Shown here: piece after piece, positions 50,805 to 63,970 of the stretch
Position numbering within the stretch: the first letter of the stretch is position 1
Layout: every line of letters starts with the position of its first letter
Assembly (NCBI GenBank): GCA_052327205.1
Contig: CM126207.1
Location: 51,088,001 to 51,152,000, forward strand
From: Somniosus microcephalus
Taxonomy: Eukaryota
DNA: 64,000 bases
Direction of reading: 5' to 3'
Translations under genes and position numbers: made by a program
Notes under the pieces: model-generated
Told to the model about the DNA's origin: nothing
The model's input: the letters and a program-made list of their open reading frames with translations, nothing else
Databases searched by the model: none

Positions 50805-51687
50805 ATGGATCATTCAGGACAAGCAAAGGAAACATTTCCCTCTTTTGATGCAAGAAATGGTCACAGTAAGATTGGCAATCCACAAAAAAATGCTTATTCT
50901 AGGCTGGTAAACCAGCACCGTAGTGGCAGGTTTAGAGCATATCTAAATCAATTTGCTCAGCAGATCAGTTGTATAGACCAAAATGATGAAAGTGGAATTA
51001 CTCCTGTGACTGATTTGAATCTTTCAGAAGTGGAAGCTGTGCAACGAAAGGATATTAATAACCAACAAAAACTAGGAGGAAACGCAAAAACCAGCCACTC
51101 TGCATTTGCAGTGGACATTGACAGCACTACCCTATTTCCAAACATGCCTGTTAATTTTTTGGAAAAAGTTGGGGATGCCGGTGAGACAGTTATGCCTGAC
51201 TCTTGGAAGAAGAAGCAGCAGGGGTTGGCAACCAGAAAGCAAAACAAGCAAAGAGATACCAACACCAGCCAGGATGGAGATACTGAATCGGGAAATGAAG
51301 TTATGTTCAAAGAAACTAGGCCTAAACAAGTCCAGCCAAAAACACTTTCAGACAGTCACAAAGAGTTTGCAGGGTTTGCAAAAACAGCAACTGCTGGCGA
51401 TAGTGATCGTTACTCTGGGTCTGCATTGCCAAGGCATAAATCGCCTTTTGACAATTGTATTCAGAGTGTTGATCTAGGGAGAACAGAGAATGATGTACAA
51501 GTAACTAATGAGCTGGAAGTGCAGAATAATAAGAAAAAGAGAAATAGAAGAAAGAGCAAAGGGAAAACTGACCTAAGCTTGGGTGTAACTCCGTGTTCAG
51601 ATGGAGTCTGCATTGGAGACCAAGTTACTGCACTTCATGATTTGGAATCTACACAGCCAGAGAAAGCCAATATCGACCATGTGCAAA
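50805..51687 (+). CDS. DIS3L2: Probable first coding exon of DIS3L2 (exon 50762-51687), encoding a long low-complexity N-terminal region
   Basis: Non-repetitive 304-codon ORF; acceptor tttctctacag at 50761; donor aaa|gtaaga at 51688 gives phase 1. Assignment rests on synteny and exon layout; no RNB domain is seen in the window. Confidence 0.62.
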
Positions 51688-54600
51688 GTAAGACAATAGA
51701 AGATACATTTCACTATTAAAACTTGTTGAATTCCTCTGTTGTAAGTATTAATGGATTAATTTTAATCTGTTTGCAAAATACTCCCAAGAATTAATTCAAT
51801 TTGAAAATTAATTTCCTCAAAATACAAATGCTTAGACATAGTGCTGTAATTTGTGTGGGCCTTGCAATGGTTCAAATTATAGTCAGTGTCCCTTAACCAG
51901 GATGGCAGGTAGGAATAAAGTTCATCCAAACTGAGCCAAGAAAAAAATTAAAGCTTTAAAAGCTTTGGGAATTGATTTGCTTTTGGTGAAAATGACACCA
52001 TTAATTGTGTCCTGTTGTGATCTTGCAAACAATTGCATTGCATTTAATATATTAATTCCTGTCCACAAGCATTACTTCCTGTAACGCCTTTTATGTCAAC
52101 ATTTTCAATAGAAATTGCCTATTATAAACATTTATAATAGGAAAGCACCCTATCTAAATGTGTTACAAATGTTGGTCTGCCTTACTCTGTTACAGAAAGG
52201 TCATTCCCATAAGTGGTTCGAGCTTTCTCTATTCAGAAGTGTGCGTGTACTGCCCAATAGCGAATTAATAATAGCATCACCCAGGACTGTAGAAATAGGA
52301 CCTTGTGATCTGAACTGGATATCATGCCTTTTGCACATGTCCTTCAATCTTTTCAAAGGCAGACCGAGTAAACACTTTTTAGTATGTTGTGGCCAGATAT
52401 GAATTGTTGAGCTGCTTTATTTACAGACAGCAAATTAATGTACAGAGTAACAGTAGTAATCAAATCTCATCTTGATTCAACTAACTACAAAGCCCATCTT
52501 GGGAACAAGATAAGTAATAAAAATATGCCACACTGCTCCACCTAACTTTTCTGGGCTCCTGATCCTGACTGGTTCTGGGCTTCAGATGACTGCGTTTCCA
52601 CTCATTAGGCATGCTTCCTTCCCCAATGTAGCTGGTTGGATGACTGCTTATCCGTCTTTATCCTTTTCTCTCTGTGTTTCCACAAAGTCAGATGGCCGCC
52701 CCTCTGACTCAGTCCCCATTCAATGACTTGCTGGTAGGCCTGTCAACCAGACTGACTACTTTTCCTCCCCCTTTGAGGTGTGGCTCTCCAGACACCATTT
52801 CCTGTTCCACTCAAAATAAATAGGGACCATCGTAGCTTAATGAATCAGGGTTGAGTGAATTGACTTTCATTGTCTCTATTTGAAGTAGATGATAAACTGA
52901 CATTCTACAAGCTGGCTTGTCTAACTTGAACAAACATCTTTAATGGCTGCAGTGGGTGGCTTTTAAACCTGTATAAATTCATTTTGTTTTGAATACAACA
53001 CTTAAACATCCCCAAATCCTATGTGCCTGTCTGGCGTTAGCTTACGACTGAGTAAGATTTTTTTTGCAATTGAGCATCAGGAAGCCCAAAGCTATTGGAG
53101 TAGAATTTGCTGCATTGGTGAGATCAGCAGCGTACGCTGTACCTTTCGCCATTTTGTGTGCTGATCCTGCCGTTGCTAACTTAATCCAAAATTTCCTGGC
53201 TTTCTAATGAGAATACACTGCAGTGAGCATAACCGTGAATCTGAAGTGGCACAACCAACGGCTAGTATATTGATCCCATAATGTTAATGGTGCAATTTCT
53301 TTGTTATGGTGATATTAGCTCTGAACTCAACAGAAATTTTTATAATAAAATGAAGCCTTTTCACCACTACGGGAAATGTATCCAAATAACCTTTGCTGAG
53401 CCTAGTAAAAACTATCAATCTGTAAAGCATTCAACTGCAAATGTGTAGCTTATAATTGGGAGTTGTCAGTTTCACAATATAAAATAAACATTTGAAGATG
53501 TAAAAATGTAACGATTCTGCTTAAGTCTGTACGAAAAGGCAAATTTATATATAGAAGTTACTATGATGTGGATATTGAAGAAATCAATCTTGATTACAGC
53601 TGACTCTTGCACTGTTTAACTGTACTGTTAGAACATGCATATACAAAGTTGTCTTTAATACCAGAAGTTGCTTCAGAGAAGGTGAAACCGAAACGGGCTT
53701 TTTACTTGATGAAATGGATATTGCAGCTTTCGTATTCTCTGCACTGATGGCGTTGATCAGCTGTACATTAGGACAATTTCATCACCATTAATTTATTTAT
53801 GTTCCCATTTACCCCGAATAGCAACTAGTTACTGTGTTGCGTTTTCAATCAGTCTCCGTGTTGGATGATACTCTGGTCTGTCTTGGGTACAGATAAGCAA
53901 CAGTGTCTCTGAGCAGGTAGAAGAGAGGGTAGATAAAGAAATAATGTGTGTGTATATAGGGAGGGAAAAGAAAGAGGTGTTACGTGACAAGGCCAACAAT
54001 ACATTTATTCTAATTGAACTGAATTGCAGACCCAGTAAAGTGTCCCAGGCCAACCCCCTACCACACACAAACATCCAAAACATGCCTATACAGTACTTAC
54101 TTGCTACTTGGCATGTATTTATTAAAATATTCTCGTTTATCAGCAGTATGATCTCTTAGACCTTCATAATTTCTGTCTCGTACCAGCTCATACATATGTA
54201 AGACATGACTCGCATTTGGTAAAGTAATGCTCTTTTAACGCTAATTGATTCCAGAAATTAATTTGTTCTACCTGCTTGATCGGATAGAAATCATGTCCCT
54301 GTGCACAAGGATAAGCACGTCTTCCTCTAATATCTTCCTTAATTATCTAATAGCTGCATTAATTCTGCCTCTGTTGAACCACTTTCTACATTATTATGCA
54401 AATGAAGGACACTAGCAGTGCTGTGTAAACACCATGCCTAATATACTTTGACTGCAAGTTACAGACCATTTAGAAAGGCTCTCAATTGAACTTCTGGTGG
54501 ACCCTTTCAATCCATAAATCACACTGCTGTCAGGTCACTACTGCCATTATTTTTCAATCCAAGTGGCAGTGACAAGAAAACATTCGTTAATTAAGGAAAT

Positions 54601-55306
54601 TTGCAATCGCCATTGGTTTTAATGGGAGGAGCTGTTAACTTTTCAATATTTTGGTGAGTGTTACAGCAGAGTCCCAGGAAGTTATTGCATGGCATCAATC
54701 ACTTGTGCCATGTCATAATTTGTTCTTTTGCAACATAAAGCGGGCCCTGCGACATAGATGCGCCATTACAATTACATTACAAAGTAGGACTCGAGCACTG
54801 AATACTATGTCACCAATGGTTGGGGGAATGTACAAAAGGTTACATCCAGAAGAATAGTGGGGGCAATTCGAACCCTACTCGCTCAGCAGAAACCTGGTGG
54901 ATGGGCAGTTAAAACCGCCCTGGCTCTTGCCTGTCTGTAAGCCGCCATGATTGCAACATCTGCAATTTTAATTTGCATTCCTGAGCAGGCAGCAAGGACA
55001 CACGCCGAGAGTCAACAGGGTCCTTCTTCACATATGCATGTTGCGGCTCAATGACATCATTGAGACCCGACTGTAATTTTAACTCCGGCCTGAGTGGGGA
55101 ATCCACCTGGAGTTAAAATCGGGGCCACTGGTGTTTAGGGTGGGGGTGCTATCACCTCTGTTGACACCTCTACTGCCTCTGTGCTGTGTCTGACATCCAT
55201 TCTTGGATGAGTTGTAACTTCCTCCTGCCAAACATTGGGAAGACGGAAGATATTGCCTTTGGCCTTGCCACCGACTCCCATCTCCCTCCCTGGCCACTGT
55301 CTCGGG

Positions 55307-55471
55307 CAATGTTCCCTTTAAGCTGTGCGGCCACGCAGCGATCTGCAGGTCCTGTGCAGCTGGCTCAACAGCGTTCTGATGGCAAAAACCGCGCATACAT
55401 GGAAATTTGAATGGGCCGCGCAACCCCTTAAAGGGGCCACATATGCAAAAAAAAAATTAGCAGGCACATTG
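55307..55471. mobile_element. hAT-type MITE inserted in an old L2 fragment (about 55180-55950)
   Basis: Ends caatgttccctttaa / ttagcaggcacattg; 8-bp TSD gtctcggg / gtctcgag. Confidence 0.78.
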
Positions 55472-56084
55472 GTCTCGAGCAGAACCGTACTGCAACCTCT
55501 CTATCCTATTTGACCTGGAGCTGAGCTTCTGACTTCATATCTTCAGCACAAAGACTGCCTATTTCTACCTCCGTAACATTGCCCACCTCAGCCCATCTGC
55601 CACTGAAACCCCACTCGAACTACTGTCACCTCCAAACTCCATTATTCCACTGTTGTTCTGGCCAGCCTTCCATTCTCCTCCCTTGTTAAACTTCAGCTCA
55701 TCCAGAACTCTGCTGCCCTTAATCCTATTCCACATGAAGTGACGCTTGGCCATCCTGCCCATCCCACCTGTCCCCGTTGATTTACAATAACTTTCATAAG
55801 AACATAAGAAATAGGAGCAGGAATAGGCCACTTGGCCCCTCGAGCCTCCAATTTAAAATTCTCATCCTCGTATTTACATTTTGTTTTATTGCTTTGGTCC
55901 TCCACAGCCCTTAACCCCATCCAACCTTACAGTCCTCACTGTACTCTCCTTTCTTCTGACTCCAGCCTCTGATTCACCACCCATCCCCCCACGCCCCACC
56001 ATTGGCAGGCATGCCTTCAGTGATCCAAATCTAAGTTCTGGAAAATGTTGGGTTCCCACACCACAGTACTATGAGATCAAAGGA

Positions 56085-56397
56085 CAGAGACCCGGGTTCG
56101 AATCCAGCCTCGGGCGACTGTCTGTGTGGAGTTTGCACATTCTCCCCGTGTTTGCGTGGGTTTTCTCCGGGTGCTCCGGTTTCCTCCCACAGTCCAAAGA
56201 TGTGCGCAGTTAGGTTGATTGGCTATGATAAATTGACCCTTTAGTGTTAGGGGGATTAAATACGTGGGGTTACAGGGATAGGGTGGGATATGTGTTGGTG
56301 TAGGGGTTACGGGGATTGGGTGGGATATGTGTCGGTGCAGGCTCGATGGGCCGAAATGGCCTCTATCTGCACTGTGGGGTTTCTGTGATTCTGTGAC
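56085..56397 (+). mobile_element. HE1/V-SINE family SINE
   Basis: B-box ggttcgaatcc, V-domain gtctgtgtggagtttgcacattctccccgtg..ctccggtttcctcccaca, CR1-like tail; internal ~37-bp tandem duplication at about 56266-56340. Confidence 0.88.
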
Positions 56398-56914
56398 CCC
56401 CTTCCCAAACTACCAAACTCCAGCAGCTCAATTGCAGTATCATCAGAACCAGATTTTCTCAAACCCAGGCCTGCCCTTAGGTGCAGCTAAACCTTATTTC
56501 CTCTGTCCAGTGCTAATACCAGAGATATCCTTCCAATTGGTGAATATTGTATGCCGATTTGATCCGTATTCCCTGCAATAAAAATAGTAAAGGATAAAAA
56601 TGAAAAATATAGCAAGGAAATGTATATAAAATATAAAGACCCCTCATTTACAGTTTTCATAGAATAATGGACAGAGTTGTAAAGTTCTATCCTTAAAGCA
56701 CAAGTTAAAAATCCAAGAGTTATCATTTAATAAAAATGGAATTTGACTTATTTGTCACTGTAAATTAGTGGCGCAGATATTGGCCTGGATTTTGCGGTCA
56801 GCGGCGAAGAAACAGTGCTAGCTGTTCATTACACTTGCACTTGAGCACAGACTTTCTGTGGGCTTTTGCACTGGAACTTGCTGTGATTAATGATTAGGTC
56901 AAGTGCATATTGAA

Positions 56915-58430
56915 GTACTTTTTAAATGTGATGAGGACTTCTGCCTCTACCACGCTTTCAGGCAGTGAGTTCCCACCATCCTCTGGGTGAAAACATTTCT
57001 CCTCAACTCCCCTCCAGTCCTTCTACCAATTACTTTAAATCTGTGCCCCCTGGTTATTGACCTCTCTGCTAAGGGAAATAGGTCCTTCCTATCCACTCTA
57101 TCTAGGCCCCTCATAATTTTATACATCTCAATTAAATCTCCCCTCAGCCTCCTCTGTTCCAAAGAAAATAACCCAGCCTATGCAATCTTTCCTCATAGCT
57201 AAAGTTCTCTGGACCTGGCGACATCCTCGTAAATCTCCTCTGTACCTCTCTAGTGCGATTACATCCTTGGTGACCAGAACTGTACGCAGTACTCTAGCTG
57301 TGGCCTAACTAGTGTTTTATACAGTTCTGTCATAACCTCCCTGCTCTTATATTCTATGCCTCGGCTAATAAAGGCAAGTATCCCGTATGCCTTCTTAACC
57401 ACCTTATCTACCTGTCCTGCTACCTTCAGGGATCTGTGGACATGCACTCCAAGGTCCCTCTGTTCCTCTACACTTGTCAGTACCCTACCATTTATTGTGT
57501 ATACTTGAGGCCTTGTTAGGCCTCCCCAAATGCATTACCTCACAATTCTCCGGATTGAATTCCATTTGCTACTTTTCTGCCTACCTGACCAGTCCATTGA
57601 TATCTTCCTGCAGTCTACAGCTTTCTTTCTCACTACCAACTACATGGTCAATTTTTGTATCATCTGTAAACTTCTTAATCATGCCCCTACATTGAAGTCT
57701 AAATCATTGATGTATACCACAAAAAGCAAGGGTCCTGCGGAACCCCACTGGATATAGCCTTCCAGTCACAAATGCACCCGTTGACCATTACCCTTTGCTT
57801 CATGCCACTGAGCCAATTTTGGATCCAACTTGCCACGTTCCCATGCATCCCATGGGCTTTTACTTTTCTGACCAGTCTGCCATGCGGGACCTTATCAAAA
57901 GCCTTGCTAAAATCCAGGTAGACTACATCAAACGTGCTACCCTTATCGACCCTCCTTGTTACCTCCTCAAAAAGTTCAATCAAGTTAGTGAGACATGACC
58001 TTCCCTTAACAATACCATGCTGACTGTCCTTGATTAATCCATGCCTTTCTAAATGATGAATAATACTGTCCCTCAGAATTCTTTCCAATAATTTGCTCAC
58101 CACCGAGTTTAGGCTGACACAGGCTTGTAATTACTCGGTCTATCCCTTTTTAAACAACGGTACGACGTTAGCAGTCCTCCGGCACCACACCTGTAGCCAG
58201 AGAGGATTGGAAAATGATGGTCAGAGCCTTCGCTATTTCCTCCCTTGCTTCTCTTAACAGTCTGGGATGCATTTCATCCGGGCCTGGGGTTTTATCTACT
58301 TTCAAAGATGTTATACCCCTTAATATTTCCCCTCTCACTATGTTTCTCCCATCCAATATTTCACACTCCTCCTTAACTACAGTGTCTGCATCATCCCTCT
58401 CTTTTGTGAAGATAGACGCAAAGTAGTCAT
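56915..58430 (-). mobile_element. CR1 LINE fragment
   Basis: KTPGPDEMHPRLLRE, DVVYLDFSKAFDKVPH, LVRPQLEYCVQFW, RRLRGDLIEMYKI. Confidence 0.9.
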
Positions 58431-58526
58431 TAAAAACAACTTACAATTTTCTTTGTATGATGTAATTATTAATGTCCACCTGAACCACTGGAACAAGAAT
58501 ACAGTCCTTTTTAACATGTTATAAGA

Positions 58527-58648
58527 AGGATGGCACCTCCAACAAAGCAGCACTCCTCAGTACTGCACTGAAGTGTCAGCCTAGGAGTGGGACTTGAACC
58601 CATAACCTTCTGACTCCGAGGCAAGACTACTACCAATTGAGCCGAGCC
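58527..58648 (-). mobile_element. DeuSINE-type SINE 5' head
   Basis: gatggcacctccaaca..agtgtcagcct..ggagtgggacttgaaccca; homologous to 33900-34010. Confidence 0.75.
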
Positions 58649-58649
58649 T

Positions 58650-60228
58650 ACATAGAAACATAGACATAGAAGATAGGAGCAGGAGTAGGCCATTCGGCCC
58701 CTCAAGCCTGCTCTGCCATTCAATGCGATCATAGCTGATCATCCAAATTCAATACCCAGTCCCTGCTTTCTCCCCATACCCCTTGATCCCTTTAGCCTTA
58801 AGAAATATATCAAACTCCTCGAATATATTTAATGAATTGGCCTCTACTGCCTTCTGTGGTAGAGAATTCCACAGGTTCACCACTCTGGGTGAAGAAATTC
58901 CTCCTCATCTCAGTCCTAAATGGCCTACCCCTTATCCTTAGACTGTGACCCCTGGTTCTGGACTCCCCGACCATCGGGAACATCCTTCCTGCATCTAGTC
59001 TGTCCAGTCCTGTCAGAATTTTATAAGTTTCAATGAGATCCCCTCTCATTCTTCTAAACTCCAGTGAGTAAAAGCCCAATCGACCCAATCTCTCCTCATA
59101 CGTCATTCCTGCCATCCCAGGTATCAGCCTGGTGAATCTTCGCTGAACTCCTTCCATGGCAAGAACATCCTTCCTCAGATAAGGTGACCAAAACTGCACA
59201 CAATACTCAAGGTGTGGTCTCACCAAGGCCCTGTACAACTGCAGCAAGACATCTTTGTTCCTGTACTCGAACCCTCTCGCTACGAAGGCCAACATACCAT
59301 TTGCCTTCTTAACCGCCTGCTGCACCTGCATGCTTACCTTCAGCGACTGGTGCACAAGAACACCCAGGTCTCGTTGCACTTCCCCTTCTCCCAATCTATT
59401 GCCATTCAGATAATAATCTGCCTTCCTGTTTTTACCACCAAAGTGGATAACCTCACATTTATCCAAGTTATATTGCATCTGCCATGCTTCTGCCCAATCA
59501 CCCAACCTGTCCAAATCATCCTGGAGTTTCTCGGCATCCTCCTCACAGCACTCACGCCCACCCAGCTTTGTGTCGTCTGCAAATTTGAAGATATTACATC
59601 TAGTTCCCTTGTCTAGATCATTAATATATATTGTTAATATCTGGGGTCCAAGGACCGATCCCTGCGGTACCCCACTAGTCACTGCCTGCTACTCGGAAAA
59701 AGACCCGTTTATTCCAACTCTCTGCTTTCTGTCTGCCAACCAGTTCTCTATCCAAGTCAATACCTTGCCCCCAATCCCATGTGCCCTAACTTTACATGCT
59801 AATCTCTTATGTGGGACCTTATCGAAAGCCTTCTGAAAGTCCAAATACACCACATCCACTGGTTCTCCCTTATCTATTTTAGCAGTTACATCCTCAAAAA
59901 AATTCCAGTAGATTAGTCAAGCACGATTTACCTTTTGTAAATCCATGTTGACTTTGTCCGATCCTGTCACTGTTTTCCAAGTGCTCTGCTATTACATCTT
60001 TTATAATGAACTCTAGCATTTTCCCCACTACCGATGTCAGGCTTACCGGTCTGTAATTCCCCGTTTTCTCTCTACCACCTTTTTTGAATAGTGGGGTAAC
60101 ATTAGCTACCCTCCAATCCATGGGTACTGTTCCAGATTCCATCGAATGTTGGAAGATGATCAGCAATGCATCTACTATTTCTAGGGCCACTTCCTTAAGT
60201 ACCCTAGGATGCAGATTATCAGGCCCTA
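58650..60228 (-). mobile_element. Relatively young CR1 LINE, 5'-truncated, with a 290-aa open RT segment
   Basis: ORF 58810-59682 [30 protein letters not shown]; upstream GPDNLHPRVLKE..NYRPVSLTS. Confidence 0.93.
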
Positions 60229-61666
60229 GCTCAATGCATTGAAACTCCAGCATGCTACGTGTACAGAATTGTAATTCAGTTAGTAGTTGTTTCAGTTCCT
60301 CATTAGTAATCTTCTCTGCTTTGGCATGTTTCATGCTCTGAAATAAACTACACAAACTAGTGAATGAAATTGTATTCCAGATGTGAAGATGTCCACAAGT
60401 ACATATATTTACTTCCACAGAACTTTGTTTTTTGTTTTCCACCTAGGCCAGGGGGGCCAGACGTCCTGACATTTCTCTCCTCCCCGTCCTAGTAACCATC
60501 TCAGGACCAGCGTGTACAGGTGACCTTGGTTGCATTTGTTGGTCTTGGAAACCATGGTTAATATGGCTTTACTGGAAACTGTAATTTGATCAATTATCAA
60601 AACTAGTTCAAGTACTAAAGCTTCAGTACTTTTGTCATCAGCCAATAGTGACTTCCTTTTAAAGTGAAGTATTTTGGGAGTTGGTGTGTGGAGAGTCACC
60701 TTGCCCTCTTGTTCTGTGGAATTATCACACGTTTTGAATTACCTCCTAAGCTAATGGATATACAGCATAAATCGAGCTCCATTGCGTGCATTTAGCAGCT
60801 GTGCTTTTCACTGGCTGGCATTGGTGCATTCTGTGGAGTTGTATCTCTGTTTTTCTGCCATATCAAAGGTGTGTGGCACATTAATCCCCGTTCAGTCTTG
60901 CTTTTCTGATCAGAAAAGAGCGAAAGAAAGACTTGCATTTATATAGCGCTTGTCACGACCACCAGTCGTCCCAAGGTGCTTTACAGCCAATGAAGTACTT
61001 TTTTATCAGACTTACTTTAAGCCTATAGCTTCTATAAATTGAATGTTCCCAATATGGAAACATTAATATTGCATCTAGGTTTAAAATTGGTCAGGAGAGC
61101 TTTTGAGCTGGTTGTTAATGTGTCTTCTGATCAATTCTTATCAAAGGTGATAACATTTGCCTCCACCTAACTAATCCGACCCATCTTATTGGTATGATCA
61201 AGAAGGTTCCATAATATGGACATCAGAAGGACTTTTGCATTCTATGTAGTCAGATTTTGTTTGCTAGTGCTCCTGTGAAGCGCCTTGGGACGTTTTATGA
61301 TGTTAAAGGCGCTATATAAATACAAGTTGTCGCCAGGGCCAAGGCCCTTTGGATACACTTGAGTGGAGTTTATAGGGAAGCAAAATAATAGGTTTGCCTA
61401 TATCTGTGAAATCGAGTGACATGTCGTTAGATGGCAGATCACCAGGACAGCTGTTTCTGCTGCATAAGCTTAAAGGATGTTTTCAAAACGGAGATATAAA
61501 GTAATTTGTACAATTACAATAGATATTATAGCCTTGATCTTGCTGCCAAGTTGGTCACGCAGATTTGTACTTGGAGGGGAAGGAAAACCTGGGGCGTGAA
61601 GGAGTACTTTCTGTTTAAATACTCCCCCACCCATCTTCATGCTAAAAACAATACATGTATTTATGT

Positions 61667-62695
61667 AATAACAACAGAAAATGCTGGAAAAACTCAGCAG
61701 GCCAGGCAACATCCGTGGAGAGAGAAATAGAGTCAACGTTTCAGGTCGAAACCCTTCGTCAAGACTGAAAAAGCACAGGAAATGAAACAGAGTAAAAGGC
61801 CAGTTTGGGGGCTGGGAAATGGGGATGAGAGAACAAAAGAGAAGTGAAGAGACATTAAGAGGTATTCAAAACAAGACGAGATGGTGATAGGACTAGTGGA
61901 GAGACAAAAGACAGCGCAGGAGATGCAACACCTGCCCTTATACCTCCCCCCTTCCCACTGTCCAGGGCCCCAAACACCCCTTCCAGGTGAAACAGCGATT
62001 TACTTGTACTTCTTGCAATCTAGTATACTGTATTCGCTGCTCACGATGTGGTCTCCTCTACATTGGGGAGACCAAACGCAGATTGGGTGACCGCTTTGCA
62101 GAACACCTCCGTTCAGTCCGTAAGGGTGACCCCGAGCTTCCGGTTGCCTGTCATTTTAATTCACCGCCCCATTCCCACTCAGACCTCACCGTACTCGGGC
62201 TCTTGCATTGTTTCATGGAAACCCAGCGTAAGCTCAAGGAACAGCACCTCATCTTCCGATTAGGCACTCAATATCGAGTTCAACAATTTCAGATCATAAC
62301 CTCGGCCCCCATTATATTTTTTATCCACACCTTTGTTTTGGCCCTTCCCCCTTTTTTTTCTCTCCCACATGGCAGCTGTCTCCCATTCTGCCAGCACATT
62401 TCACACCTAATCTAGAGCTGTCTTTTGTCTCCACTAGTCCTATTACCATCTCGTCTCGTTTTGAATACCTCTGAATGTCTCTTCACTTCTCTTGTTCTCT
62501 CATCCCCATTTCCCAGCCCCCAAACTGGCCTTTGAATCTGTTTCATTTCCTGTACTTTTTCAGTCTTGACGAAGGGTTTCGACCTGAAACGTTAACTCTC
62601 TTTCTCTCTCCACGGATGCTGCCTGGCCTGCTGAGTTTTTCCAGCATTTTCTGTTGTTATTTCGGATTTCCAGCATCCGCAGTATTTTGCTATCG
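61667..62695 (+). mobile_element. Penelope-like element with inverted pLTRs and 15-bp TSD
   Basis: GIY-YIG ORF 61987-62415 (NLVYCIRCSRCGLLYIGETKRRLGDRFAEH); 61667-61915 is the inverted copy of 62417-62661; TSD tacatgtatttatgt at 61652-61666 and 62696-62710. Confidence 0.93.
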
Positions 62696-63839
62696 TACAT
62701 GTATTTATGTTATCTTAAACTATTATTGACTTTACTGCTTGACACCGTCCTGTCATTTCTTCCCTATTCAGCTGCTCAGGTGACATTACCTAGAGGGATG
62801 ATTGCCAGTGTTCTGTAGCAGCTCCATTTATTTCATTTGGAGGCAGTATTTTGTTCCAACTTGCAAGTCACTTAGAGCTGCCTGATGCTGGAAAAGCATT
62901 GCTAGCTGCATACTTGGGCAGTAGAGGGCTCTCATGGGATCGTGTACAGCATAAAAGCATAGTTTAATGTTATCACATAAGTAACTTTAGGAAAGTTAGC
63001 TGAGGTATGATGGTAAAAGAGAGGTATTCACTTTATTAAAAAAAAAAAAAAAAAAAAAAATCCTTGATTTATTTTCAATTCTCCGTTCCGAATCTTGGTC
63101 TAGCAATTGTTTGGGTTCAGTTTTGCATTTCTACTTGTTAAATTCTGTACAAGTACCCCAACACATATAGTATAACTACACTAATAATGCAGAGTAAAGT
63201 TGACAAAATCCTATTTAGACCCAAATCCATAATTGCAGTATTCTGGCGAGATGGTGAATTTCTGCCAAAGCAAACAAAATGTGTAAGATGTTGATTGGTG
63301 ACACAAGTGATATCTACCACTGGCTTTGAAAATATAAGAATTTTACTATTTAATTCATGGAGAGTTTACACATTGCTATAGCTATGCTGGGTGATTTCTA
63401 ATGAGAAGGTAAACCTCATAACTAAATTTCTTAAGGTGGGTGTCTGTCCCGAAGCCTGCCTTTGTAATGTCGTGAGAGCAATGCATTTATTTTAAATTCT
63501 TCGTGTGAAGATAGTAAGAGCTCTGCAAAAATACTGGGTGTCTAATACTGTAGACATCCAAACGGAGAGCAATAATAGATGTGTAGGCAATTCACAGAGG
63601 TTTGTAGAAGTAATGGAGCTAAAATGGACTTTATCCAAAAGGAGCCAGGGATAGCACTAATGTTGGTAATCAGAATGGGAAGGATGCGTAGAAAACAGTC
63701 ATGAGTGTTTTCTAAGTCAGTATGTTAAAAGTACGCTGAGCAAACCTGCAGTGCTAGACCTGGTTCTGTGTAAAATTTGTTGACACTCCTATAAGGAAGA
63801 ATGCCTTTGACTGCAGGTAGATTATAGACAGGTTGGGGG

Positions 63840-63970
63840 CAATGGACCCTCAATTTTTTTGGGTGCACGGCCCCTTTTAAGTAGCTACGTGGCCCATTCA
63901 AAACACAGCGCATGCGAAAAGCCGGCTGCGCAGGAGGGCTTGAGGGCTGCGCAGCTTAAAGGGAACATTG
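63840..63970. mobile_element. hAT-type MITE, same family as 55307-55471
   Basis: Ends caatggaccctcaa / ttaaagggaacattg; perfect 8-bp TSD gttggggg at 63832-63839 and 63971-63978. Confidence 0.85.

Noticed and set aside
59894-60442. 182-aa ORF as a host-CR1 fusion protein
   Set aside because: Chance open frame running from flanking DNA into a 5'-truncated CR1; non-ATG start and no splice or promoter support.
63038-63060. Poly(A) tract as a retrocopy tail; also poly(C) runs at 2581 and 48474
   Set aside because: No upstream processed-gene body or TSD is evident; simple homopolymers.
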